64,000 bases of DNA from an uncultured Poribacteria bacterium (GCA_958296135.2 CATQHZ020000001.1:320001-384000), one strand, 5' to 3'. Shown: positions 1 through 10,676, numbered from the stretch's first letter. Numbers and translations are program-made. Notes: generated from the letters alone by a model not told the origin.

Positions 1-243
1 CAGGCAGCGGAAACCATGCGGCCATCATCCCGACTGTAAGGGCTGGGATTCATGTGTCACGCCCATCAGGCAGAATTACTCAATTATTTCCTTTTTTGCC
101 GCTAATCTTGACTTGTCTGAGTGGTGCTAATCCTTATCACATCGCACAGATCAAGACGAATCAACGTAATCTGGTATTATACCACCCTTTTTCAGAAATA
201 GCAATGGAAATTCAACAATTTCCCCCGATTTTGAAAAATAAAT

Positions 244-272
244 TTGACAATTCACCTCGTTTGTGGTATACT
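244..272 (+). promoter_or_regulatory. sigma70-type promoter upstream of TonB-dependent receptor pair
   Basis: TTGACA (244-249), 17-nt spacer ending TGG, TATACT (267-272). Confidence 0.65.
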
Positions 273-588
273 ATATAACGGCTCGCATGGACAAGCGTCC
301 ACCGTTCTTTGGAACAACGTGGCTATCCGACAGCGAGCAATGCATAGAATTCTTTTACAGAACTATCCGAGGGTATTGTTTAACTTTGTAATATGTGGCT
401 ATGAAAGTGTGCTACATAAGTGGTATCAGGCAATTCTGTTCAAGCTTGCGTGTACGACGCGACCGCGAAGGTTGCGCATCTCCACGCGCCTTGTCGCACG
501 GGTTGTGCCATGAACATAAGTTAGAGGATACCCTTTTGTTATTTTAACGTGAAATGAGAAATGTATCCAATCAAGGAGTATATAGAAT

Positions 589-3156
589 ATGAAACGAATA
601 GTAGAATCTAAACCTATCGTTTTTGTGTTTAGCATGATTGCCGTGCTTTTCGCACTATTCCCGGTGCTCGTGCAGGCTGACTTGCACGAAAGCACCGAAG
701 AGGAGGTTGCCGCTGAAACGGACACCGAAGAAGCAGCGGAACAAACCTTAAGCGCAGATGTCGTGCAGATCGAAGGTGTCGTCACCGTCGGTTCGCGCGC
801 GCAACCGCGCTCCGTTATTGAGTCCGCCGTGCCGATTGATGTCATCGGCGGCGGCGAATTTGTCAAGCAGGGCGGCACAGACTTGAATAACCTGCTGCGA
901 AACGTCGTCCCGTCCTACAATATCAATACGCAACCTATCAGCGATGCCGCAACCGTTGTGCGCCCAGCGAACCTGCGCGGACTCGCACCAGACCACACGT
1001 TGGTGCTTGTCAACGGTAAACGCCGCCACCGTGCCTCCGTGATTTACTGGCTCGGCAACGGTATCTCCGATGGCGCGCAGGGGCCAGACCTCTCCGCTAT
1101 TCCCGCCATCGCGCTGAAACAGGTGGAAGTGCTCCGTGACGGCGCATCGGCACAGTACGGCTCCGATGCCATTGCCGGTGTGATGAACTTCCAACTGCGC
1201 GACAACTACGAAGGCCTTTCCATTGAAACCAAAGCCGGTGCATTCCAAGACGGCGACGGCGAATTGTATTCTATCGCCGCCAATCTCGGCATCGGGCGGA
1301 AAGACCTCTGGACGAATCTGAGCGTTGAATACGGCTATGCCGGTGACACTATCCGTTCTATCCAACGTATTGATGCCGCTGGGCTGGTTGCCGCAGGCAA
1401 TACCCGTGTGAACGATCCGGCGCAGATTTGGGGACAGCCCGAAATTGCAGGCGACTTGAAGCTCTTCGCCAATTACGGCGCAACCCTCGTTGAAGACGTT
1501 GCCAACTTCTACGGACATGCCAACTACGCTCAAAAGCGCGTTGAGGGCGGATTCTTCTTCCGGAATCCGAACACTCGCGGCGGCGTATTTAGCAACGATA
1601 GCGGAAAGACGCTGCTCATCGGCAATTTGAGCGGGACAGGCGAAACGCCTGTCGTTGCTATCACCAACAACGTTCCTGACGCGGCGGCCCTGGGCACCGT
1701 CAAAGACGACGACAACTTGTTCTCATTCCAAGAAATGTTTGCCGGTGGTTTCACACCGCGCTTCGGCGCGGATACGAATGATAAATCTGTCGTCCTTGGA
1801 CTACGCGGAACAGTTGCAGAAAAATTGGGCTGGGACATAAGTGCTTCTCATGGAGAACACGTGGCGGATTTCTTTATCAACAATACCGTCAATGCATCCT
1901 TGGGTCCCGACACACCGACCGAATTCAATCCGGGTGACTACATTCAGTGGGATCTCAACTTTAATGCGGACTTCACGTATCCGGTCATGGACGAGTTATT
2001 CCTCGCGGCCGGGGCTGAATATCGGATAGAACGCTTTGAGATTGTGCAGGGCCAACCCGAATCCTTTGAAATCGGCCCCCTGGCTGCCCAGGGATTCAGT
2101 GCCGCATCCAACGGGTTCCCCGGCTTCAGCGATGTTGCCTCCGGCAGCTGGAACCGCTCCAACGCCGCAGGCTATGTTGAAGCAGAATTCCGGCCGATGC
2201 AAAACTGGCTGGTTGGTGCCGCCGTCCGCGGTGAAAACTTCGATGACTTCGGAAGCACGCTCAACTACAAATTGGCGACGAACCTTGGAGTCACGGATGA
2301 ACTCAGGTTGCGTGGCAGCTTCAGCACCGGATTCAGGGCACCGACACCCGGACAACAGAACGCCTTTAACGTCACAACCGAATTCGACGTGGATAATAAT
2401 GACCTGGTGAACAACGGCACAATCCCATCAACAAACGCCGCTGCCGAACTCAAAGGCGGAGAACCGCTTCAGCCGGAAACGTCAATCAATATCACGGCAG
2501 GCATCCTCGTGTTGCTCTCCGAAGTCAACGTTACCCTCGACTACTTCAACATTGAGGTGAGAGACCGGTTGTCGCTCTCAAAGAACTATGAACTGTCTGA
2601 CGCAGAGCGGACGCAACTCCTCGCAGCGGGTATCACGAGCGCGGGAAATCTGCAAAGATTCCGGTTCTTTGTCAACGACTTCGACACCCGCACACAAGGA
2701 ATTGATATCGTCCTCACCGCACCGGTAGGAAAAGGCGATGTCAGCCTCGCCTATAACTATACCGATACCGTAGTGACAGACTATAACCCGGAAACACTGG
2801 ATAACCAGCGTATCCGGCTCCTAGAAGAGGGCGTTCCGAAAAACCGATGGAATCTTACCATGCGGCAACCCCTGAACGCGAACTGGGATATCTTGGGACG
2901 CGCGAGTTACTTCGGCGGCTGGTGGGAAGGCACGCTCGTCGAATACGAATTTAGCAGCGAGATTGTGTTTGATGTGGAAACCACCTACTCATTCACCGAC
3001 ACCGGCATCTCGCTCACCGTCGGCGCGCAGAACATCTTGAATAACTATCCCGATAAAATTCTACAACCCTATAGATTCGGTAACCTGTACGGCGAATACA
3101 GCCCCTTTGGTTTTGCCGGCGCGTTCTGGTACGCCAAAGCAAACTACAATTTCTAG
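589..3156 (+). CDS. TonB-dependent outer-membrane receptor
   Basis: Signal peptide; plug motifs LRGLAPDHTLVLVNGKR and VEVLRDGASAQYGSDAIAGV; STGFRAPT; C-terminal Phe; AAGGAG RBS. Confidence 0.95.
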   Translation: MKRIVESKPIVFVFSMIAVLFALFPVLVQADLHESTEEEVAAETDTEEAAEQTLSADVVQIEGVVTVGSRAQPRSVIESAVPIDVIGGGEFVKQGGTDLNNLLRNVVPSYNINTQPISDAATVVRPANLRGLAPDHTLVLVNGKRRHRASVIYWLGNGISDGAQGPDLSAIPAIALKQVEVLRDGASAQYGSDAIAGVMNFQLRDNYEGLSIETKAGAFQDGDGELYSIAANLGIGRKDLWTNLSVEYGYAGDTIRSIQRIDAAGLVAAGNTRVNDPAQIWGQPEIAGDLKLFANYGATLVEDVANFYGHANYAQKRVEGGFFFRNPNTRGGVFSNDSGKTLLIGNLSGTGETPVVAITNNVPDAAALGTVKDDDNLFSFQEMFAGGFTPRFGADTNDKSVVLGLRGTVAEKLGWDISASHGEHVADFFINNTVNASLGPDTPTEFNPGDYIQWDLNFNADFTYPVMDELFLAAGAEYRIERFEIVQGQPESFEIGPLAAQGFSAASNGFPGFSDVASGSWNRSNAAGYVEAEFRPMQNWLVGAAVRGENFDDFGSTLNYKLATNLGVTDELRLRGSFSTGFRAPTPGQQNAFNVTTEFDVDNNDLVNNGTIPSTNAAAELKGGEPLQPETSINITAGILVLLSEVNVTLDYFNIEVRDRLSLSKNYELSDAERTQLLAAGITSAGNLQRFRFFVNDFDTRTQGIDIVLTAPVGKGDVSLAYNYTDTVVTDYNPETLDNQRIRLLEEGVPKNRWNLTMRQPLNANWDILGRASYFGGWWEGTLVEYEFSSEIVFDVETTYSFTDTGISLTVGAQNILNNYPDKILQPYRFGNLYGEYSPFGFAGAFWYAKANYNF

Positions 3157-3166
3157 GGTTGTTGTT

Positions 3167-3198
3167 AGGGCGGATATCTTATATCCGCCCTTTTTTTT
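3167..3198 (+). terminator. REP family C hairpin plus T-tract, likely intrinsic terminator
   Basis: AGGGCGGATAT-CTT-ATATCCGCCCT followed by T-run. Confidence 0.7.
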
Positions 3199-3253
3199 AT
3201 GCAGGAACTATCTCCTGAACGCAACACTTAAAAATTAAAAGGAGCTCCGAACG

Positions 3254-5887
3254 ATGAAGCACACCGACACGCTTATACTTCGCAGACCCGGTTTTCCTAA
3301 TCTGCCTTCTTGCACGCAGAAAATAATGATGCTTGCCCTCTGCGTTTTGGTCTCCCTTTTCCCTGCAATAGCACAGGCTGACAGGCATGAAACCATCGAA
3401 GAAGTAGTTCCCACTGAAACGGAAGTTGAAGCGGCAGAAGTCGTGCAGATTGAAGGTGTCGTCACCGTTGGTACCCGCGCACAACCGCGCTCTGTCATCG
3501 ACTCCGCTGTGCCGATCGATGTCCTTGGCGGCCAAGAATTCATCAAACAAGGCGGCACAGACTTACCCGATCTGCTCAGAAATATCGTCCCCTCTTACAA
3601 TGTGAACGCGCAGCCGATTAGCGATGCCGCCACCGTCGTGCGCCCAGCGAACCTGCGCGGACTCGCACCAGACCACACGCTACTCCTTGTCAACGGCAAA
3701 CGCCGCCATCGCGCCTCCGTGATTTATTGGCTCGGAAACGGCCTCTCTGATGGCGCACAAGGCGCAGACCTCTCGCCTATCCCCTCCATTGCCTTGAAGC
3801 AAGTAGAGATGCTCCGCGACGGGGCCTCGGCGCAGTACGGCTCCGATGCCATCGCTGGCGTGATGAATCTGAAGTTGAAAGATAGTTACAAAGGCGGTTC
3901 TTTCCAAATCAAACCCAGTATTTTCCAAGCCGGCGATGGGTTCGCATATTCTTTCGCTGGAAATATCGGGCTCGGACGCGAAGACCTCTGGGCAAACCTC
4001 AGTCTGGAATACGGCAACGCTGACGAGACAGACCGGTCAGTGCAGCGCACCGATGCATCGGCACTCATCGCAGCAGGAAATACCGATGTGGCAGACCCGG
4101 CGCAACCGTGGGGCCTCCCCATTGTCAGAAATGACATCAAATTTTTCGCCAACTACGGCGCGGATATTACGGATACGATAGAATTCTATGGGCATGGAAA
4201 CTACGCACAGAAAGAGGTGGAAGGCGGATTCTACTTCCGGGACCCGAACACCCGAGGGGCCGTCTATAGTAACGATGACGGTGCAACGCTGCTTGTTGGA
4301 CGGTTGTCCGGGACAGGCGAAATACCGGAAGTCAAGATAACCAACAATGTCCCAGATCCGGCCGCTTTGCAGCAGGTTTTCTCGGATCCGAACCTTTTCA
4401 CCTTCCAAGAACTCTTCCCCGGCGGTTTCACGCCACGCTTCGGCGCGAATACCGTCGATGCCTCAGGCCTCCTTGGATTCAAAGGCATCGTAGCCGAGAA
4501 ACTCGGATGGGATCTGAGTACTTCCTACGGAAGACATGCCTCTGATTTCTTTATCAAAAATACCGTCAATGCCTCCCTCGGCCCGGACACGCCTACCGAA
4601 TTTGACCCGGGCGATTATATCCAAGTTGACACAAACGTGAACCTTGACATCACCTATCCGCTACACGAAAAGGTGTTCCTCGCCGCTGGCACCGAATATC
4701 GGACAGAAACCTTTGAGATTGTAGCCGGACAGCCGGCGTCCTGGGAAATTGGCCCGCTGGCAAGCCAAGGCTTTAGTTCCGGTTCCAACGGATTCCCCGG
4801 CTTCAGCGATATTGCCGCAGGCAGGTGGACTCGCGCCAACTACGCCGGCTACGTGGAAACGGAACTGAAACCGCTTGACTATTGGCTGCTCGGGCTTGCA
4901 CTCCGCGGCGAATACTTTGACGATTTCGGGAGCACCCTGAACTACAAGGTGGCTACGAATTTCGGCATTACCGACTCGATGAAAGCACTCGCCGCAATGG
5001 AGATGCCTGTTGACTGGCGCGTGCGCGGCAGCTATAATACCGGGTTCAGGGCACCGACACCCGGACAGCAGAACGCCTTTAACGTCACAACCGAATTCGG
5101 TGAAGACGAAAAGTTAATCAATAAAGGCACTATTCCCTCAACGCATGCCGCCGCAGCACTAGTGGGAGGAACGGCTCTTGAACCCGAAACCTCAACCAAC
5201 ATCACGCTCGGAACGGTTGTCAGCCACGACAGCGTTAGTGTCACGGTAGACTATTTCAATATCCGAGTGGAAGACCGGCTCGCTCCCTCAAGAGACTTCA
5301 CGCGCGGCAAGGATATTAGTGAAACGGATATCCAGAAACTCGTAGCCGAAGGAATCACGAGTGCTGGCAACCTGCAGGAGTTCAGGTTCTTTACCAACGA
5401 ATTTGAAACCAGCACGCAAGGGATTGATGTCGTACTCACTATCCCCGTGCTTGAAGGCGCAGTCAGTCTCGCTTACAACTGGACACGCACCGAAGTTACC
5501 GACCGGAATGCAGATATTCTGGACGACAAACGCGTCAGACTCTTGGAAGAAGGACTGCCGCGACACCGCGGGAATGTCACATTGACACAAGAAATCCTTG
5601 ATAACTTGGGCGTGCTTGGACGTGTCAATTACTATGGCCCGTGGTATGAAAACGCTGTCGGCGAACAAACTTATGGCGGCGCGGTTTTAGTCGCTCTTGA
5701 GGCAAACTATGCGTTTATAGCGAACATGTCTCTCACTGTCGGCGTTCAAAATGTCCTCAACGTTGAACCTGACAATGTCACCGAGGGAGAACTTCCATCG
5801 GACAGAGTGGGCAGACCTTTTGGCGAGTATAGTCCTTATGGGTTTGGCGGCGCGTTCTGGTACGCCAAGGTGAATTACGATTTTTAG
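3254..5887 (+). CDS. TonB-dependent outer-membrane receptor (tandem paralog of 589..3156)
   Basis: Same plug and barrel motifs, long near-identical DNA blocks shared with upstream gene, C-terminal Phe. Confidence 0.95.
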   Translation: MKHTDTLILRRPGFPNLPSCTQKIMMLALCVLVSLFPAIAQADRHETIEEVVPTETEVEAAEVVQIEGVVTVGTRAQPRSVIDSAVPIDVLGGQEFIKQGGTDLPDLLRNIVPSYNVNAQPISDAATVVRPANLRGLAPDHTLLLVNGKRRHRASVIYWLGNGLSDGAQGADLSPIPSIALKQVEMLRDGASAQYGSDAIAGVMNLKLKDSYKGGSFQIKPSIFQAGDGFAYSFAGNIGLGREDLWANLSLEYGNADETDRSVQRTDASALIAAGNTDVADPAQPWGLPIVRNDIKFFANYGADITDTIEFYGHGNYAQKEVEGGFYFRDPNTRGAVYSNDDGATLLVGRLSGTGEIPEVKITNNVPDPAALQQVFSDPNLFTFQELFPGGFTPRFGANTVDASGLLGFKGIVAEKLGWDLSTSYGRHASDFFIKNTVNASLGPDTPTEFDPGDYIQVDTNVNLDITYPLHEKVFLAAGTEYRTETFEIVAGQPASWEIGPLASQGFSSGSNGFPGFSDIAAGRWTRANYAGYVETELKPLDYWLLGLALRGEYFDDFGSTLNYKVATNFGITDSMKALAAMEMPVDWRVRGSYNTGFRAPTPGQQNAFNVTTEFGEDEKLINKGTIPSTHAAAALVGGTALEPETSTNITLGTVVSHDSVSVTVDYFNIRVEDRLAPSRDFTRGKDISETDIQKLVAEGITSAGNLQEFRFFTNEFETSTQGIDVVLTIPVLEGAVSLAYNWTRTEVTDRNADILDDKRVRLLEEGLPRHRGNVTLTQEILDNLGVLGRVNYYGPWYENAVGEQTYGGAVLVALEANYAFIANMSLTVGVQNVLNVEPDNVTEGELPSDRVGRPFGEYSPYGFGGAFWYAKVNYDF

Positions 5888-5897
5888 GGGCGCAACT

Positions 5898-6084
5898 CGT
5901 TTTTTCATCGTAGCGCGGGGGCCGTTACGCCGAAACGTTGTCATCTCTGCAGCCTCGCTGCAGAGATGTCCACTGTCCCCCGCGACACCTCAACCGCGTT
6001 TTTTCATCGTAGCGCGGGGGCCGTTACGCCGAAACGTTGTCATCTCTGCAGCCTCGCTGCAGAGATGTCCACTGTCCCCCGCGA
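5898..6084 (+). repeat. Two direct copies (99-bp period) of REP family A carrying the ~50-bp cargo hairpin
   Basis: GTAGCGCGGGGGCC-GTTACGCCGAAACGTTGTCATCTCTGCAGCCTCGCTGCAGAGATGTCCAC-TGTCCCCCGCG at 5910 and 6009. Confidence 0.9.
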
Positions 6085-6257
6085 GGCCACAACCGCTTAA
6101 ACGGTAGAAGAAACCTCCTAGTCCTGATACCTCATTTGACTTTTCTTTTCAAACGTGGTAGACTTAAAAATATTTTGACAACAAGATGCCGCGGCCGTGA
6201 GGGTTTACCGCGGTATCCCAATCGAAGCAGCACCCTCATTTTTTAAGGAGACTTTTC

Positions 6258-7472
6258 ATGAACTTTCAACAGAAAACCGAGAGAACCGCGCTGAGACGCA
6301 TCATGGCGTGCGGGCTTATCGCCTCATTTTTCCTTATGGGCATCGTGTTCTCCGCTTGTGAACGGGCAGAACAAATGATGGCACCCGCGGAAGAACCGAT
6401 GGTGACTCCCGAAGAGGCGGATACCATAGTCAAACTCGGTATGCTCTATTCATCACCTTTGCCGGGTACCACGCTGTCTGGCGCGGAATTAGCCGTCAGT
6501 GAGATAAATGCAGCAGGCGGTATCAACGGCATGTCGGTTGCGCTCATCGCGAAAGATGATACCAACGATACAGCAATGAGCGTGGCACTGGCAAACGAAC
6601 TGATTGCCGCGGGCGTAGCAGGCATCATCGGACCGGACTTTTCTGTGCATGCTTTTCAAGTTGGCCCGGTTGTCCAAGCCGCAGGCATCCCTATGATAAC
6701 GACGTATCCCACGAACCCTACCGTCCCCGACGCGGGTGACTTCGTGTTTATGGGCGCGTTCACCGATAACTACCAAGGCGAACTGATAGCCAAGTTTGCC
6801 GCTGAATCGCTGAGTGCCAAGAAAGCCGCCATCCTGACGCAAAGCGGCCTCGCCTACTCGGAAGGATTATCGCAATACTTTAAAGTCAGCCTCATGGCAT
6901 CGGGGGAAGGCGTTGAAGTGCTGCAAGTTTTCTACGATGAAAACGATACCGATTTCACAACGCAACTCACAGAAATTGCCGCGATGGAACCCGATGTCAT
7001 CTTTATACCCGACTTCGTGCCAATGGTGACGACAGCGATTCAGCAGGCAAGAGCAGCCGGCATCACTGCCACCTTCCTCGGCGGCGATGGATGGGATAAT
7101 CCACAACTGCTGGAAATGGGCGGCGACGCACTTGAAGGCAGCTTCTTCGTCAATCACTTCTCGGGACTGCTCGGAGCCGACCTCGGTGAAGATACAAGTC
7201 ACTTCGTAGCGGCTTACACGGAAAAGTATGGGATGGCACCGGATGGTCCCGCCTCGCTCGGATACGATGCCGTTCGGATAATGGTGCAGGCGATGCAGCG
7301 CGCTGGCGATATGAGTGGTGATGCCATTCGCGCCCAGGTCGCGGCAACGATGGACTACAGCGGCGCAACGCTGCTCTCCAAGTTTGACGAAAACCGCCAT
7401 GCGATTAAGAGTGGTGTCATCATTACTATTTCAGAGGGCGCGCTTCAGACACACCAGGTCATCGCACCGTAA
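6258..7472 (+). CDS. ABC transporter substrate-binding lipoprotein, LivJ/LivK (branched-chain amino acid) family
   Basis: Lipobox VFSAC; GAELAVSEINAAGGING; DFTTQLT; FLGGDGWD; LGYDAV. Confidence 0.9.
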   Translation: MNFQQKTERTALRRIMACGLIASFFLMGIVFSACERAEQMMAPAEEPMVTPEEADTIVKLGMLYSSPLPGTTLSGAELAVSEINAAGGINGMSVALIAKDDTNDTAMSVALANELIAAGVAGIIGPDFSVHAFQVGPVVQAAGIPMITTYPTNPTVPDAGDFVFMGAFTDNYQGELIAKFAAESLSAKKAAILTQSGLAYSEGLSQYFKVSLMASGEGVEVLQVFYDENDTDFTTQLTEIAAMEPDVIFIPDFVPMVTTAIQQARAAGITATFLGGDGWDNPQLLEMGGDALEGSFFVNHFSGLLGADLGEDTSHFVAAYTEKYGMAPDGPASLGYDAVRIMVQAMQRAGDMSGDAIRAQVAATMDYSGATLLSKFDENRHAIKSGVIITISEGALQTHQVIAP

Positions 7473-7486
7473 CCTCGCTTTCTGCT

Positions 7487-7517
7487 AGGCGGAGCATCCC
7501 TGTTCCGCCTCTTTTTT
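7487..7517 (+). terminator. Intrinsic terminator-like hairpin
   Basis: AGGCGGAGCA-TCCC-TGTTCCGCCT then CTTTTTT. Confidence 0.6.
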
Positions 7518-7620
7518 GATGCTTTTTCATAGGACTATGACACTCCTTGATGCAATCCGCACGAACATGACTTGTCCTTAGCAATAACATTTGTTTTCAA
7601 CCCCGAAATGGAGGATTCCA

Positions 7621-8853
7621 ATGAACTATCAACGAAACATGCCAGAGCGTGCGGTTATCCATCGTGTGACGGTTTACGGCGCGTTGGCATCGCTTTTTCT
7701 CATGTGCCTCATGTTTTCCGCGTGTGAGCGCATCCAACAAACTGTCGTCCCCGGTGAACAACCGACAGTTTCTCCTGGGGACAGTGACGAAACAATCAAG
7801 ATCGGCATGCTTTATTCCTTACCCGCCCCGGGAACGACGCTGTCTGGCGCGGAATTGGCCGTCAGCGAGTTCAACGCGGCAGGCGGCATCAACGGTGTGC
7901 CGATAACCCTCATCGCGAAGGATGATGGCAACGAACCGGAACGCAGTGCCGAATTGGCAAGAGAACTGATTGCTGAAGGCGTGATAGGCATCGTCGGGCC
8001 GGACTGGGATCCGCAGTCTTGGGCAGTAGGACCGCTCGCCCAAAGCGCGCAGATTCCCATGGTGACGACGTATCCCACCAACCCGAATAACCCCGATGCC
8101 GGTGACTTTGTGTTTATGAGTGCCTACACCGATAATTACCAAGGCGAATTGATTGCCAAGTTCGCGCTTGAATCGTTAGAGGCAACGACTGCTGCTATCC
8201 TGAGTGAGCAAAGCACGGCTTACACGGGAACCTACGCGGAAGCCCTTAGGGAGTTCTTCACGAACAACTTTACCGCGGGCGGCGGCACTATCGTCGCGCA
8301 GCAATTTTACGAAAAAGATGCTACCGATTTTACAACGCAATTGACAGCCATTGCCGCAGCATCACCCGATGTCGTCTTTGTGCCCGGCTTCATGCCGGAA
8401 GTCGCGCACGTCATTCAGCAAGGGAAAACGGCGCTCGGTATGACTGCAACCTTCCTCGGTGGCGATGGCTGGGATAACCCACAGTTGATTCCTGTCGGAG
8501 GCGCGGCATTGGAAGGAAGTTTCTTCGTCAATCACTTCGCAGCACAACCGGAGGCAAATCTGACACCGGAAGAGGCGCGTCAATTTGTGACGGCATATAC
8601 GGCAATGTTCGGGGTGCCGCCGGATGGTCCCGCGTCCTTGGGATATGATGCCGTTCGGATTCTCGCGCAGGCGATGCAACGCGCCGAAACCTTGACAGGC
8701 CCTGCCATTCGCGATGAAATCGCCGCAACGATGAACTACAGCGGCGCATCCACAATTGCCCGTTACGACGAAAACCGCTACGCGATTAAGAGCGGGGTTA
8801 TCAACACGATTACCGATGGTGTGATTCAGCTGCATCAAGTGATTACCCCTTGA
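7621..8853 (+). CDS. LivJ/LivK-family substrate-binding lipoprotein (paralog of 6258..7472)
   Basis: Lipobox MFSAC and the same family motifs; GGAGG RBS before ATG 7621. Confidence 0.9.
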   Translation: MNYQRNMPERAVIHRVTVYGALASLFLMCLMFSACERIQQTVVPGEQPTVSPGDSDETIKIGMLYSLPAPGTTLSGAELAVSEFNAAGGINGVPITLIAKDDGNEPERSAELARELIAEGVIGIVGPDWDPQSWAVGPLAQSAQIPMVTTYPTNPNNPDAGDFVFMSAYTDNYQGELIAKFALESLEATTAAILSEQSTAYTGTYAEALREFFTNNFTAGGGTIVAQQFYEKDATDFTTQLTAIAAASPDVVFVPGFMPEVAHVIQQGKTALGMTATFLGGDGWDNPQLIPVGGAALEGSFFVNHFAAQPEANLTPEEARQFVTAYTAMFGVPPDGPASLGYDAVRILAQAMQRAETLTGPAIRDEIAATMNYSGASTIARYDENRYAIKSGVINTITDGVIQLHQVITP

Positions 8854-8877
8854 TCGAAGGGACGCAGAACAAACACC

Positions 8878-8904
8878 GTAGGCGCGGTTTGAAACCGCGC
8901 CTAC
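8878..8904. repeat. REP family B palindrome
   Basis: GTAGGCGCGGTTTGAAACCGCGCCTAC; related copies near 26365, 36335, 54012, 59120, 62469. Confidence 0.85.
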
Positions 8905-8943
8905 GGACAAATTAGTTTTTGTGTGAGTCAGGAGAAACGCACC

Positions 8944-9996
8944 ATGACAATAGGATTAGGCGTTATCGGAATGAATCCCACCAACATGGGTTCAACCGCA
9001 GCACTACTAAAAGATGTGCCAGACCTGGGATATGAACTCCGTGGTATCTGTGCAAAGCGCGCGGAAGTGCTGGAACCTTATGCGCAGCAACTCGGCATCG
9101 ATTTCTGGACGACAGATTACCGCGAACTCGTCCAGCGCGACGATATTGAGGTAATCGCTGTCTATTCCCCAGATCATCTGCACGCAGCGCATTGCATCGC
9201 CGCTATAGAGGCAGGGAAGCACGTCGTCTGCACCAAACCAATGGTGACAACGTTGGCAGACGCACAGCACCTCGTCGAACTGGTGCGGAAGCACAACATC
9301 AAGTTTCTCGTTGGACAGACGATGCGGTTTGACTTGCAATTTCTAACAATGAAGAAACTCTTTGATGACGGTGACCTGGGTGACATCATGGTGGCAGATG
9401 CCTACTATGTCCACGATATGCGCGAGGTTTACGATTTCACCCCGTGGCGGCTCCACGCACCGCAAGATCTGATGTTCGGCGGCGTGGTGCATCCCGTTGA
9501 CATTCTGCGCAGCTTCCTCGGCGATGTTGAGGAGGTGCATGCCTACGGGACGAAAGGCTCGCTCACGCCGGCATACCCGCTCAGGAACAATTTCTTCCTA
9601 AATCTCAAGTTTAAAAGTGGACAGATTGCACGCGCAATGGGGCTTTACGACATCGTCCACCCGCCGATGCCGATGATGCAGGTGTCTCTATACGGCAGCA
9701 AAGGCACGATGATAGGCGACTTTACCGATAACAAAGGTGGGCAAGTGAAATTGATGCTTGACAAAATGGCGGCGAGGGAGCCGTTTGAGATGACGTGCCC
9801 GCCGGAAGTGGACACGAGCGTGTATGGGCACGGACAAACGGTTATCCGATATATGCGCCATTTTCAGGAGTGTCTTGAGAGGGATTTAGCACCGTCGCCG
9901 GGTGTGGTTGATGGCGCGAAGTCCATCGCTGTCGGCGTAGCGGCGTGGGAATCCATTGAAACTGGGCAACCCGTGCCGGTCTTCAACGAATTTTAG
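8944..9996 (+). CDS. Gfo/Idh/MocA family oxidoreductase
   Basis: N-terminal Rossmann strand, SPDHLH, GKHVVCTKP, VHPVD motifs; alternative start GTG 8923. Confidence 0.9.
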   Translation: MTIGLGVIGMNPTNMGSTAALLKDVPDLGYELRGICAKRAEVLEPYAQQLGIDFWTTDYRELVQRDDIEVIAVYSPDHLHAAHCIAAIEAGKHVVCTKPMVTTLADAQHLVELVRKHNIKFLVGQTMRFDLQFLTMKKLFDDGDLGDIMVADAYYVHDMREVYDFTPWRLHAPQDLMFGGVVHPVDILRSFLGDVEEVHAYGTKGSLTPAYPLRNNFFLNLKFKSGQIARAMGLYDIVHPPMPMMQVSLYGSKGTMIGDFTDNKGGQVKLMLDKMAAREPFEMTCPPEVDTSVYGHGQTVIRYMRHFQECLERDLAPSPGVVDGAKSIAVGVAAWESIETGQPVPVFNEF

Positions 9997-10002
9997 AGGA
10001 AT

Positions 10003-10036
10003 AACGGGCCCACGCTGGCATTTGTGCGGGCCCGTT
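10003..10036. terminator. Hairpin between convergent genes
   Basis: AACGGGCCC...GGGCCCGTT inverted repeat. Confidence 0.5.
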
Positions 10037-10041
10037 CGCGG

Positions 10042-10676
10042 TTAGTCCTTCTTCTCAGCCGTGTCGGCGGGGTGCGGCGGTGCTGGGATAAATTTCCAGC
10101 CTTGCTTTTTCAACTCCGCCTCTTGCGCCTTCAGATGTTCAAAGTATTCTTCTTGGGTGCTGAATCGCGCCTGTTCCGCCCGCATTTCCGCACTAATCTT
10201 CCGCTTGATACGATAGCATTCCTCAAGGATGGGATCCGTGTAGGTGCCGGGCACTACGTCCGGGTGCAGGTGCTTATCAGGGGTTTCTTTCACGGTAAAT
10301 TCCTCCATAAGTGTTGTCGGCGTGCAGATAGCGAAATGGCGATATGGGCCGCGTCTGCTTCCAAATTGGGCGGGACAGCTCTTGCATCGCGCAACTTCTG
10401 ACTCAAATCATCAGCCGCCGGTGATTTTTCCAATACCGGTAGGCCCGCTAATGCTGCAAGCCGCTTCCCTGCCTCGGTTGGATTGCCAGCACTCACCTCG
10501 TTCACAACAACACGTGAAACGACAAACTCAAATCTCTCGGCATATTCTTGCCAGAACCGCTGCGTTGCCCGCTGCCACGCCGCTATTCGCGGATTGGCAC
10601 TCAGAAGTGCTACTAAGTAACTAATGACTGTCGTTTCAACGTAGACTCTCGGTTTTCTATCGCTATAGTTTCGCAC
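10042..10676 (-). pseudogene. PIN-domain (VapC-like) toxin with internal deletion and frameshift; the C-terminal frame runs into a small antitoxin-like domain (10042..10308)
   Basis: VYVETTVISYL...DAAHIAI in one frame; family C-terminal ICTP..LME in another frame continuing into TDPILEECYRIK; middle LLTWNxxH segment absent. Confidence 0.7.
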
